A stretch of 64,000 nt of DNA. Source: an uncultured delta proteobacterium. GTDB lineage: Bacteria > Desulfobacterota > Desulfomonilia > UBA1062. The stretch covers positions 96,001 to 160,000 of the forward strand of contig CAWCTR010000021.1 in assembly GCA_963798485.1 (NCBI GenBank). The letters are read 5' to 3'. The position numbers and the translations under genes were made by a program. This document shows, piece after piece, positions 41,678 to 51,381 of the stretch (position 1 is the first letter of the stretch; each line of letters starts with the position of its first letter). The notes under the pieces are model-generated. The model made no database searches. It worked only from the letters and a program-made list of their open reading frames with translations, and was not told the origin of the DNA.

Positions 41678-43846
41678 TTAGAACTCCACAAACCCACCAC
41701 CCGCATCATCTTCATCCGCCTGGACTTCAGCGGCGCTCGCCTCTTCCCAGAATTCCAGAAGCATGACCGTGAAGTCGTCATCAAGGGCCTCTTTGCAGTT
41801 AAATGAGCGTACGTCTAACTCTATGGCCTCGATGACGGCATTGCCCCGCATGGTCTGGATGGCATTATGGAAACAATGGATTAGCCGAGCCTTGCCATAC
41901 TGCTCAGCCTGATCGTTCTCAGTCTCCAGGATACAGTCGGTGTACATGAGCAGCGCATCGCCCCTCTCGATGTTGTTCTCACACTTTTCCTCGTAACCTC
42001 CATCCTCAAAGGAGCCGAGGAAGAAGCCATCCGTATCCAACTCAAGTATCTCACCCGTGGCTCTTTTAAAGAGCAGCGGGGTAGGGTGGCCTGCATTGGA
42101 GTAGGTAATGGACTTGGCATGACGGTCTGTGAGAACAAAGAAAGCCGTGATGTAGTCCTCATCCAGCACTGGTTTCAATTCACCGTTGAGCATGTGCATG
42201 AGGATTGTGGGGCTTGCCACGGTCGCGGCCAGGGCGTGAAAGCTCATCTTGAACATGGAAGAGATAAGGGCGGCAGCCACGCCATGGCCGGAGACATCGG
42301 CAATAATAAAGCCCGTCTGGCCCCCTCCCAGGTTGACGACATCGTACAGGTCTCCCCCGATATGAATTGAAGGGATATATTTGCAGGTAAAGCTCACGCC
42401 GTTCATGTTTTCAAAGGTATCGGGCAACAGGCTCTTCTGGAGCCTGGCAGCCATTTCAAGCTCATCTATCATCCGTTGGTTCTGGGCGTGGATGATTTCA
42501 TTTTTCTCCTCCATCTCAGCCAGTGTGATGGTGAGGTGTGCAGCCTGCTCCTCCATGAGGTCCTTGGTTTCGGCACTCTCCATGAGGAGCCGTTCCATTT
42601 CTTCTTTTTGCCTGATTGTTTCTGTCACGTCGGTAAAGAGGATGGCCGTAAACTTGCCGCCTTCTCTGGGTTCTACCGTGTGCATGGTTTTTTCAAGGTA
42701 GCGCTGATCAAAATCGCCAAGCTCAAGTGTTATCTGTTTGTCCTTTGACGAGATCAGATTTTTTATAATCTCGGGGACATCGTCCATGGTTTTCCCCAGA
42801 ACGTCTGATGATTTTACGGATGTTATTTTTTGAGCTGTTTTATTCAAGAGGATAACCTCGTTTTTATCAGAGACGACAAGGAGGCCGGATGGAAATGATT
42901 TTAAGAGCTGGACGATGAATTCATCACGAATAATGCGCTCAGGGGTCCACTGCTTTGATTTACTTACTTTATCTTTCCGGTATACAAGTCGCACACTGTT
43001 TCCACATCCCTCATATCTTACCTCTGTGAAAAACGTCTTGGCTATCTGGACACCAAGGCCGCTGCCGATGTGGGCATTGGGGTCAGGGTTGAATTTATTT
43101 TTATAATCAAAACCTTCACCCTCGTCTATGACATGATACTCTAACGTGTTCTGGTCCATGTGGATATCAAGGGTTACCATACGCTCGGCATATTTCGGAT
43201 TCTTCTTCCGCTGCCTTACCAGGTTCTCAAAAGAGCCCTTCTTAACCGCCTTTGCCTTTTCATCCATGGTGATACCCAGGTTGCCATGCTCAACAGCATT
43301 AAGTACGATTTCCCCGAGCGCCATTTTCAGCATCTCAGTATCTTCACAGACCTTTCTTGCATTTATTACAGCCTGATTTATGACATAGGGGATTCTGTCC
43401 AAATCGCTCTCAAAGACAAGGGTCTTGTCTTCACTGATAACACTCTGACCATCCGGCTCAATGCCCAGGCAGAAAAACCGCTGATGATTCAGTATCCTCT
43501 GTATCGACTCAAGGAAAGCTGTTATGCCGATAGGCTTGATAAGATAATCCAAGGCCCCAAGCCTCATACATTGAAGGACTAAAAATCCATCCACTTTTTC
43601 AGATGAGACTATAACCATGGACCCAGGGCTTGCCTGTGAAATTTGGTTGAGGGCCAGGAGGCCTGATTCATCTGCAGGGTCTAATGAGAGGACTACGAGA
43701 TCCGGTTTGTCCTGAATGACCTGCGTCAATCCATCATCTGGAGAATAGGCAACCTTGGCTTTAAATCCTTTTCGGGAAAGTTTTTTGACCAGATCCCGCG
43801 AAGCCCTGTCGGGATCAATGATAAGTACATTTTGAATCAACTTCAT
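41678..43846 (-). CDS. Fusion of atypical receiver, RsbW-type HATPase, PAS-like domain, coiled coil and SpoIIE/PP2C phosphatase
   Basis: REC fold (VLIID, DYLIKP); EIVLNAVEHG, DEGEGFD, GSGLG; GLLVV..LLNKTA; ELEMAARLQKSLLP, GGDLYD, ADVSGHG, NAGHP, YTD, DDFT. Confidence 0.88.
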   Translation of the reverse strand: MKLIQNVLIIDPDRASRDLVKKLSRKGFKAKVAYSPDDGLTQVIQDKPDLVVLSLDPADESGLLALNQISQASPGSMVIVSSEKVDGFLVLQCMRLGALDYLIKPIGITAFLESIQRILNHQRFFCLGIEPDGQSVISEDKTLVFESDLDRIPYVINQAVINARKVCEDTEMLKMALGEIVLNAVEHGNLGITMDEKAKAVKKGSFENLVRQRKKNPKYAERMVTLDIHMDQNTLEYHVIDEGEGFDYKNKFNPDPNAHIGSGLGVQIAKTFFTEVRYEGCGNSVRLVYRKDKVSKSKQWTPERIIRDEFIVQLLKSFPSGLLVVSDKNEVILLNKTAQKITSVKSSDVLGKTMDDVPEIIKNLISSKDKQITLELGDFDQRYLEKTMHTVEPREGGKFTAILFTDVTETIRQKEEMERLLMESAETKDLMEEQAAHLTITLAEMEEKNEIIHAQNQRMIDELEMAARLQKSLLPDTFENMNGVSFTCKYIPSIHIGGDLYDVVNLGGGQTGFIIADVSGHGVAAALISSMFKMSFHALAATVASPTILMHMLNGELKPVLDEDYITAFFVLTDRHAKSITYSNAGHPTPLLFKRATGEILELDTDGFFLGSFEDGGYEEKCENNIERGDALLMYTDCILETENDQAEQYGKARLIHCFHNAIQTMRGNAVIEAIELDVRSFNCKEALDDDFTVMLLEFWEEASAAEVQADEDDAGGGFVEF

Positions 43847-43862
43847 AACATAGTGCCTTTTA

Positions 43863-44978
43863 TCACGAACTGTTTGCTGACCTTATATCGCCTAATGATC
43901 CTTTATCATGCTTGCTCATGTTCATGATAAAACCGGGTATGGAGAGCAATGGGAGGACCTTTGCCACACCCCCCATCTCGATAGCGACCTTGGGCATGCC
44001 AAAAACAACGCAGCTCTCTTCATCCTGTGCAATGGTGAAGGCGCCTGCCTGTTTCATCTCGCGCATGCCGCGTGCGCCGTCGTCACCCATGCCGGTGAGG
44101 ATGACACCCAGGGCGTTAGGGCCCAAGGTGTTGGCTGCCGACCTGAATAATACATCCACGGAAGGAATATGCCGGTTGACAGGCGGCCCTTCTTTTATCC
44201 TCACAAAGTATCCCTTGGGGCCCTTGTTTACAATCATATGCTTGCCGCCGGGTGCAATAAGGGCAAGACCCGTTCTGAGCCCATCATTGTCCTTTGCCTC
44301 AACAACGGTCATGGCGGATAATCCGTTCACCCTCTTGGCAAAAGAGTTTGTAAAGACCGGAGGCATGTGCTGTACGATAAGCGTCGGCGGTGCATCTGCC
44401 GGGAGCTTGTTGAGGATCTGTTCCAGTGCCACTGTTCCGCCAGTAGAGGCACCGATGACAAAAATCGGCTGCCCTTCAATAACAGGCGCAGACTTCTCGG
44501 CCTTGATGATCACATCCATGCCCAGATTTGGAGGGACCTCAAGATTCGGGGGCGAGACAGCCTTCTTCAGCTTGGCAGTAGAGGCCGCCTTGACCTTTGA
44601 GCAGAGGTCTATCCGCAGGTCCTCTATGCCTTCAGTGATTTTAAACCTTGGCTTTGTCATGAAATCAATGGCGCCCAGGGAAAGGGCCTTCATGGTGGCG
44701 TCTGCGCCCTGTTCGGTGAGTGATGAAAACATCACAACAGGCATGGGGAATGATCGCATGAGCCTTGAAAGGAAGGTGAGGCCATCCATTTTGGGCATCT
44801 CGATATCAAGGGTAAGCACATCGGGTTTGAGATCTTTGATCTTTCGTATGGCAATTAAAGGATCAGGGGCGGTGCCGACGATCTCGATGTGAGGATCTGA
44901 CTCGAGGATATCCTTGAGAAGCATTCTCACGAGTGCCGAATCATCTATAATGAGTACTTTTACTTTATCCACATTCAT
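43863..44978 (-). CDS. cheB: Chemotaxis methylesterase
   Basis: REC domain plus GASTGG, VQHMP, PSVDVLF, LTGMGDDG. Confidence 0.97.
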   Translation of the reverse strand: MNVDKVKVLIIDDSALVRMLLKDILESDPHIEIVGTAPDPLIAIRKIKDLKPDVLTLDIEMPKMDGLTFLSRLMRSFPMPVVMFSSLTEQGADATMKALSLGAIDFMTKPRFKITEGIEDLRIDLCSKVKAASTAKLKKAVSPPNLEVPPNLGMDVIIKAEKSAPVIEGQPIFVIGASTGGTVALEQILNKLPADAPPTLIVQHMPPVFTNSFAKRVNGLSAMTVVEAKDNDGLRTGLALIAPGGKHMIVNKGPKGYFVRIKEGPPVNRHIPSVDVLFRSAANTLGPNALGVILTGMGDDGARGMREMKQAGAFTIAQDEESCVVFGMPKVAIEMGGVAKVLPLLSIPGFIMNMSKHDKGSLGDIRSANSS

Positions 44979-44982
44979 CTCA

Positions 44983-45576
44983 CTAGAATAGCGTTAGTTC
45001 TCCGCCTTCGACCTGGAGCCTTTCCTGCTCCTGGAAGAGCTTTGTCTTATAGGCCTGCTCTGCCTCAATGATTTTGGAATCTACCGTTGATTTGAGCCTC
45101 TTGAGAAGGACCTTGCCGGTGTCTGGAAAGTAGAGGACCTTTCTTCCGGAATAACCGCCCACATCCTCTTTTATGATCTCTATCTGTTCCATCTTTAAGA
45201 AGGCCCTTACAAAATCAATGTTTGACTCGGGAACATTGCCATCGGTCTTCCTGAAATTCAATACATGGCCGCCCCCGAACACCTTTGCCTGAAAGTGTTT
45301 CTGTGAGCCGCCCTTTTTGAGCATATCATTAATGAGCTGCTCCATCGCGAACATACCGTACTTTGCGGATGCAGACAGAAAAAGGCCATCTGAACGGACA
45401 TCGCCGGGCAGCATGAAGTGGTTCATACCGCCTATGCCTGTCTTTGTATCTTTAATACAAACAGAGATACAGGAACCTAATACTGTAGCGATGATATCGT
45501 TAGGGCTCACATAGAACTCGCCAGGATAGATGATCACCATGGTGCGGTTGAATTTTGGGCTGTGCTTTTTATACAT
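44983..45576 (-). CDS. cheD: Chemoreceptor glutamine deamidase
   Basis: TVLGSCISVC, GGMNHFMLP, AKVFGG, EDVGG. Confidence 0.95.
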   Translation of the reverse strand: MYKKHSPKFNRTMVIIYPGEFYVSPNDIIATVLGSCISVCIKDTKTGIGGMNHFMLPGDVRSDGLFLSASAKYGMFAMEQLINDMLKKGGSQKHFQAKVFGGGHVLNFRKTDGNVPESNIDFVRAFLKMEQIEIIKEDVGGYSGRKVLYFPDTGKVLLKRLKSTVDSKIIEAEQAYKTKLFQEQERLQVEGGELTLF

Positions 45577-45577
45577 G

Positions 45578-46423
45578 CTACACCTTTATGTATACCGTAT
45601 GTTTGAGAAACTTGAAGAGGTGTTTCATGTACATGAGAGACTCCGAATGTCCGACAAACATATAGCCTTTATCTCTGAGATGGCTGTGATACTTTTTTAT
45701 AAGATCCTTTTTGGTTTCATCATCAAAATAGATCATCACATTCCTGCAGAAGATGATGTCAAAGGGTTTTTTCATGGGGAATGCAAGGTCCATAAGATTA
45801 AGCTTCCTGAAAGCGATCATGGCCTTGATCTGCGGGCTTACCTCGTATCCTTGAGATGACCTGACAAAGTATTTAGACAGGTAGCCTATAGGCACGGGTG
45901 TGATTTGCTGGCTTGAATAGACACCTTTGGCGGCCTTCATAAGGATATCGGTATCAAGGTCCGTGGCGAGGATCTTCAGGTCCCATCCGCGTTCGTCCTT
46001 AAAGAAATCAGCAATAGTCATGGCGAGGCTGTAGGGTTCTTCTCCGGAAGAGCATCCGGCGGACCATATCCTTAATCGTCTTTGGCCGCCTCTCCTTGCC
46101 GTATCGATATAAGAGGGGAAGATCTCGTCTACCAGAAAGTCAAAGTGATGTTTTTCCCGGAAGAAGTCCGTTTTATTCGTGGTGATACGGTTGATAAGAT
46201 TATTGAGTTCATCCGATGCATTTGAGCTTGTATTGAGATACTCGTAATACTCTGAAAAATTTGAAAGATTAAGTGCCCTGAGTCTCTTTGAAAGGCGTGC
46301 GACAACCAGATTCCTCTTCTTCTCGGTCATCTGGATACCGGTTTGACGGTAAATGATGTCCCGGAAGAGCTGGAATTCTTTTTCTGTGATGGAGAATGAT
46401 TGTGCGCACAGCGTCGGCGTCAT
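45578..46423 (-). CDS. cheR: Chemotaxis methyltransferase
   Basis: TTNKTDFFRE, IWSAGCSSGEEPYS, ATDLD, IFCRNVMIYF, VGHSE. Confidence 0.97.
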   Translation of the reverse strand: MTPTLCAQSFSITEKEFQLFRDIIYRQTGIQMTEKKRNLVVARLSKRLRALNLSNFSEYYEYLNTSSNASDELNNLINRITTNKTDFFREKHHFDFLVDEIFPSYIDTARRGGQRRLRIWSAGCSSGEEPYSLAMTIADFFKDERGWDLKILATDLDTDILMKAAKGVYSSQQITPVPIGYLSKYFVRSSQGYEVSPQIKAMIAFRKLNLMDLAFPMKKPFDIIFCRNVMIYFDDETKKDLIKKYHSHLRDKGYMFVGHSESLMYMKHLFKFLKHTVYIKV

Positions 46424-46911
46424 ACACCATCGACCATATTCAATTCGTCATCCGAGAGAAGCTTGTCTACATCGAGCAGGATGATGAACTTTTTGTCTTT
46501 GATTCCCATTCCGGAGATGAACTCAGTACTGATCCCTGTTGAGAAATGAGGCCGTGGTTTGATATCCGCATTGTTCAGCGTCAGGACATCGCTTACCGCA
46601 TCCACTACAAGTCCCATAATCCTGCCTGACACATCCAGGATCATGATGACGGTAAACTGATCATAGTCCTTCAGTTCCATACCGAACCGTTCCCTCAGGT
46701 CAATGACAGGCACCACGATCCCCCTGAGATTAAGCACCCCCTTGATGAAACTCGGGACATAGGGGATAGTGGTACAGCTCTGGTATGCAATAATCTCATT
46801 GAGCTTGAGGATGGATATACCATAAGTTTCCGCCCCCAATTGGAAGGTTACAAACTGGTTGGTCAGGTTTTTTTCCGTAACATTGTTTGTTGAAATAGGT
46901 GCACTCTTCAT
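46420..46911 (-). CDS. cheW: Chemotaxis coupling protein
   Basis: GVLNLRGIVVPVIDLR, GLVVDAV. Confidence 0.96.
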   Translation of the reverse strand: MKSAPISTNNVTEKNLTNQFVTFQLGAETYGISILKLNEIIAYQSCTTIPYVPSFIKGVLNLRGIVVPVIDLRERFGMELKDYDQFTVIMILDVSGRIMGLVVDAVSDVLTLNNADIKPRPHFSTGISTEFISGMGIKDKKFIILLDVDKLLSDDELNMVDGV

Positions 46912-48551
46912 TAGAATTCCTCAAAATCGTCTTCGAAATCAGCGGCTGTGGCCTTAATGGGCTCAGTTTTTGTTTTAACCGGTAGCTGTTTCTTCACGAC
47001 GTTTCTTTTAACCTTGGATGGCTGCTCATCCCTGGATACCTTGAACCGTGCAACCGTTTTGGCAAGGTCATTTGCTTCATTGCTGAGGTTGTCCGAGGTG
47101 CTCGCAAGCTCCTCGACCGTGGTTGCGTTCTGCTGGGTAGTGGTATCGATTTGTGAAACAGCCCGGTTCAACTCGTCCACACCGCTTGCCTGCTCGCTGC
47201 TTGCCGCTGCGATCTCTTCCATAACCTGGGAGAGGTCCTGGATGTGCTTTATAATCTGATCAAGCGACTCGCCGGATTTCTTCACCATGATGTCGCCGGC
47301 GCTTATCTTGCCCACCGTGTCTTCAATCAATGCCTTGATCTGCCGTGAGGCATCGGCCGACCTCTGGGCCAATGCCCTCACTTCTTCGGCCACAACTGCG
47401 AAGCCCTTGCCGTGCTCTCCCGCTCTTGCGGCCTCAACGGCTGCGTTTAAGGCCAGAAGGTTGGTCTGGAAGGCCACCTCATTAACCGTAACAATGATAT
47501 CGCCGATCTTCTTGGATGCCTCTGATATCTCGCTCATACCCCTGACAAGTTCTTGAGCGGCATCGCCGCTCTGAGATGCCATGCGCACCATATCGGTGGC
47601 CTTCTGGCGGCCGTCTGTTGCATTCTCTGCATTGTGCTTGATAGACGAGGTCATCTGCTCGATGGTTGCTGCAACCTCCTCGATGGCGGACGCCTGCTCC
47701 TGGGTGGCATGAGAAAGGCCCTGTGCGCCTCCCGCAACCTCCTGGGTGGCTGTGCCTACCTGTTCAGATGAGTGTTTCACCTTGGTCATGACCTCTTCGA
47801 GGTTCCCCACAAAGGTATTGAACCAGGATGCGATCTCACCGATTTCATCTGTGGAGACCTTGGGCAGTCTCTTGGAGAGGTCGGCCTCGCCCTGGGCGAT
47901 ATCCATCATGCATGCGGAAATGTCCCTTGCCCGCCGGGCGATCCTGCCTGCAAACACAGCACCGATTAAAGCCACAACAAGGCAAGAGACAAAAAGGAAT
48001 ATATACATCTGGATCTGCATAGTCCGGACATCGGCTGTAACTTCTGCTTCGGGTGCTGTTGCCAAGATTATCCAATTCAAGGATTTGATGTAGTTTGCAT
48101 AACTCAATTTCTTTTCACCAGCAAAGGTGTAGTATGTTACACCTTTTTTCTTTTCGACGATATTTCGTATATAATCATAGGAGTCATTAAGGGTTTTGTT
48201 ATTGCGAAATTCGGCCTTGGGATGGTAGATGCATGTACCATCAGGGGCGAAGATTATAAGGTAGCCCGACTCGAAGTACTTCTCTTTTGACGCCTCGTCG
48301 ATGAGGTCGGTCTTGAGAGATTTCGTGAGCTGTTCCTTGATTATATCAAGGTTCCCCTCGATGGAGGCACTACGCACCTCAGCCATCCTGGCAAAGGAAT
48401 CAACCTTAACCTTAAGGTAGTTGAGAGCCTGCTTTTGCATGAAGCTGCTGGTGCTGATTCCAACATAGATGATAGCCACAAGAAGTGGTATCAGCCCGGA
48501 GCAAACGACAAGGGCCGTTAGCCGACCTCGGAGTTTCCAATTGAATGCCAT
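46911..48551 (-). CDS. Methyl-accepting chemotaxis protein (TM-Cache-TM-HAMP-signalling domain) with C-terminal pentapeptide DFEEF
   Basis: Two TMs, YHP Cache motif, [35 protein letters not shown]. Confidence 0.96.
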   Translation of the reverse strand: MAFNWKLRGRLTALVVCSGLIPLLVAIIYVGISTSSFMQKQALNYLKVKVDSFARMAEVRSASIEGNLDIIKEQLTKSLKTDLIDEASKEKYFESGYLIIFAPDGTCIYHPKAEFRNNKTLNDSYDYIRNIVEKKKGVTYYTFAGEKKLSYANYIKSLNWIILATAPEAEVTADVRTMQIQMYIFLFVSCLVVALIGAVFAGRIARRARDISACMMDIAQGEADLSKRLPKVSTDEIGEIASWFNTFVGNLEEVMTKVKHSSEQVGTATQEVAGGAQGLSHATQEQASAIEEVAATIEQMTSSIKHNAENATDGRQKATDMVRMASQSGDAAQELVRGMSEISEASKKIGDIIVTVNEVAFQTNLLALNAAVEAARAGEHGKGFAVVAEEVRALAQRSADASRQIKALIEDTVGKISAGDIMVKKSGESLDQIIKHIQDLSQVMEEIAAASSEQASGVDELNRAVSQIDTTTQQNATTVEELASTSDNLSNEANDLAKTVARFKVSRDEQPSKVKRNVVKKQLPVKTKTEPIKATAADFEDDFEEF

Positions 48552-48610
48552 ATTTACTCCTTTCCACCAATTTTTAACTAGGTTTTCTCATCCCAGTCAG
48601 ACTGCACTCC

Positions 48611-50698
48611 TTAACGAAAGGCCATACGCTCAATACTATATACGTCCAGGATCAATGAAACCTTGCCGTTGCCGAGAATGGTGGCCCCGGATGTGCCCTC
48701 AATCTTTTTGAAATTTTTATCAATGCTCTTGATAACGGCCTGCATCTGGCCGAGCACGTCGTCAACCAGGATGCCGAACCTGTTCTGCTCGCCATGGAGG
48801 ACTACCACGAGCGCCTCGGTAGGGTCTATCTTGACGGAAGGGAGGTTAAAGAGCTGGTAGAGCCGGACCAAAGGGAGGTAGTCCCCCCTGATATCCACAA
48901 GCTCGCCTTTACCTTCTACGGTCTTGATTTCGGTCCGTGATGGACGCACTGATTTATCTATAACTGAAAGCGGAATGGTCAGCACTTCGGTGCCGATCTT
49001 TACCATCATACCGTCAATAATGGCCAGTGTCAGAGGTAGCTTAATCCTGAATGTGGAGCCTTTGCCTTCCTCGGAAGTGATCTCGACGCTACCCCTGAGG
49101 TCCTCTATGTTTCTTTTCACAACATCCATACCGACCCCTCTGCCTGATAATTCGCTGACGTTTTCAGAAGTCGAAAGGCCTGGGGCAAAGAGCATATCGA
49201 AGATCTCCTTGTCGGTGTATGACTTCCCGGCCTCGGCCTGCCCTTTTTCAACGGCCTTGGCCAGCACCCTTTTCTTGTCGATGCCTTTACCGTCATCTGA
49301 TATTTCGATGAAGATATTACCCTCGCGCTGAAATGCCTTAAGCCATATGATTCCGATCTCAGACTTGCCTATCCGACGCCTTTCTTCGGGCATTTCAATG
49401 CCGTGGTCTATTGAATTACGGATCATGTGTTTTAACGGATCACTGATCTGTTCTATGACGTTTTTGTCGAGCTCTGTCTCGGTCCCGGACATTTTTATCT
49501 CAATCTTCTTGCCCAACTCGAAAGAGAGGTCCCTGACCACCCTGCGGAAGCGGTTAAACGTGCCTTCCACCGGGACCATACGAACCCGCATGACCTGTTC
49601 CTGAAGATCGCGCGATATACGCTCAAGGGCTGATATTGCCCCTTGCAATGATCGTGAGAGGGCCATATCCGCAATATCGCTTGCGCATTGTGACATGCGG
49701 GCTACGGATATAACCATCTCGCCTACAAGGTTAACAAGCTTGTCCAGCTTGTCGGTATCCACCCTGATGGTGGAAGATTTTGTGATCTTCCTGCTCTGGG
49801 ATTGGGCCAGGGCCATTTTTTCCACAGCATCCCTTGACACCTTGCCCTTTTCCACAAGGGCCTGGCCTGTGGTCTTATGTTCCTTGAGGGCTTCTTCGAC
49901 ATCACTCTCCGTGACAAGGCCCTTTTCTACAAGGATCTCACCAATGGGTTTTTCCGCAAGCGTGAGGTCAACACCCTCTTTGTATTGAGATGATATGTCG
50001 GCGACTGAAATCTCGTTTTCATCCATTACAAAGATGAAGACATTGTTTACATCGCTCATGGGACGCGATGTCCGAATGATGATATCCCAGGATGTGTAAC
50101 ATGTCGTAGGCACAAGGTTGTATAAGTCTGGGATGGCATCTGCATAAACCCGTGACTCGATAATTTCTCCAAGATCTTTTAATTCCTGGATGAGCATAAT
50201 GGGGTCTTGACCTGTGGCGAGGATGTCAGGCCTGAATTTCATGATGACTGAGATAATCTTTTCTCCAGATTTGTCTTTTCTTGACTGATCACTTAGGGTA
50301 TCACCTGTGGGTTTTGCAGCGCCGGAAAAACGTTTGAGCGATTGTACGAACTGCTCAATCTCTTTTTCATCTATCTCTTCACCCTCACTGCAGGCTGCAA
50401 TCAAACGCTTCAAGAAGTCAACCGAGGCAAGCATCGTGGAAATGAGCTTTTTCGTGATGGTCAGGTCCTTTTTACGAATTCTATCAAGAATATTTTCAAG
50501 GGTATGGGTATAATTGCTGACACTGTCGAATCCTACAAGACCGGCAGACCCTTTTATCGTATGGGCTGCTCGAAAGATCCTGTTGATTGTGTCTTCATCT
50601 TCTTTGTCTTCTTCGAGTCTGATGAGACCGGATTCCAGCTCGCGAATCTCATCCTCACTCTCTTCCATGAACACCTTGACGAGTTCATCCATTGCCAT
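48611..50698 (-). CDS. cheA: Chemotaxis histidine kinase
   Basis: FRAAHTIKG, IRVDTDKLD, HMIRNSIDHG, DDGKG, SGRGVGMDVV, LPLTLAI, C-terminal CheW domain. Confidence 0.97.
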   Translation of the reverse strand: MAMDELVKVFMEESEDEIRELESGLIRLEEDKEDEDTINRIFRAAHTIKGSAGLVGFDSVSNYTHTLENILDRIRKKDLTITKKLISTMLASVDFLKRLIAACSEGEEIDEKEIEQFVQSLKRFSGAAKPTGDTLSDQSRKDKSGEKIISVIMKFRPDILATGQDPIMLIQELKDLGEIIESRVYADAIPDLYNLVPTTCYTSWDIIIRTSRPMSDVNNVFIFVMDENEISVADISSQYKEGVDLTLAEKPIGEILVEKGLVTESDVEEALKEHKTTGQALVEKGKVSRDAVEKMALAQSQSRKITKSSTIRVDTDKLDKLVNLVGEMVISVARMSQCASDIADMALSRSLQGAISALERISRDLQEQVMRVRMVPVEGTFNRFRRVVRDLSFELGKKIEIKMSGTETELDKNVIEQISDPLKHMIRNSIDHGIEMPEERRRIGKSEIGIIWLKAFQREGNIFIEISDDGKGIDKKRVLAKAVEKGQAEAGKSYTDKEIFDMLFAPGLSTSENVSELSGRGVGMDVVKRNIEDLRGSVEITSEEGKGSTFRIKLPLTLAIIDGMMVKIGTEVLTIPLSVIDKSVRPSRTEIKTVEGKGELVDIRGDYLPLVRLYQLFNLPSVKIDPTEALVVVLHGEQNRFGILVDDVLGQMQAVIKSIDKNFKKIEGTSGATILGNGKVSLILDVYSIERMAFR

Positions 50699-50701
50699 GG
50701 G

Positions 50702-51079
50702 TTACCTCATGAATTTTTTTGTGACATATACAAGCTGTTCCGGCTTAAAAGGCTTAACGAGCCAGCCGGAAGCCCCCGCCTGTTTTCCCTTGAGCTTCAT
50801 ATCATCCTGCGACTCTGTGGTGAGCACCAGGATTGGTAAAAATTTAAAAGGTGTCTTTTTTACTTCCTTGATAAAGGTGATCCCATCCATAACCGGCATG
50901 TTGATGTCGCTGATGATCATCCCTATCTGGTCTCCTTGTTTGTGGGCTTCCGCGAGCTTCTCTAAACCATCGGCCCCATTGATGGCGTTGATTGTCTCAA
51001 ATCCGGCTGATTTCAAAGTATAATTTACTGATGCCCGCAGCGTTGCTGAATCATCAACGACGAGGATTTTCTTTTTCAT
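50702..51079 (-). CDS. cheY: CheY-like single-domain response regulator
   Basis: VVDDS, SDINMPVMDG, LTTES, WLVKPF. Confidence 0.93.
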   Translation of the reverse strand: MKKKILVVDDSATLRASVNYTLKSAGFETINAINGADGLEKLAEAHKQGDQIGMIISDINMPVMDGITFIKEVKKTPFKFLPILVLTTESQDDMKLKGKQAGASGWLVKPFKPEQLVYVTKKFMR

Positions 51080-51381
51080 GGGAGGGCCTCCTTCAAGGGG
51101 ACGTTAAAACCCGAGAGGTCTATGATATCTCTGATGGATTGGTTTATCGCAAGTATGTGCAGCGTACCATCGACCTCAACGGTCTTCTTGAGAGAATACA
51201 GGAGTTGCAGGCCTGCAATATCAAGTTCCTCCACCTGGCTGAGGTTAATGGTAATATTCCGTGAGGATTCCTCAAGAAGCGACTCGATTTCGGAATGTAT
51301 CGACTCTATGTTTGTTACCACAAGATTGCCCTTGAAGACGATTGTTCCCTGGCTATCAGTGCTGATTTCCATCTTTCTCAC
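51076..51381 (-). CDS. STAS-domain protein (chemosensory-associated type)
   Basis: INLSQVEELDIAGLQLL; likely start ATG 51372. Confidence 0.85.
   Translation of the reverse strand: MRKMEISTDSQGTIVFKGNLVVTNIESIHSEIESLLEESSRNITINLSQVEELDIAGLQLLYSLKKTVEVDGTLHILAINQSIRDIIDLSGFNVPLKEALP

Noticed and set aside
43912-44892. 326-aa plus-strand ORF and similar long antisense ORFs
   Set aside because: They lie antisense to well-supported genes, with no motifs or SD
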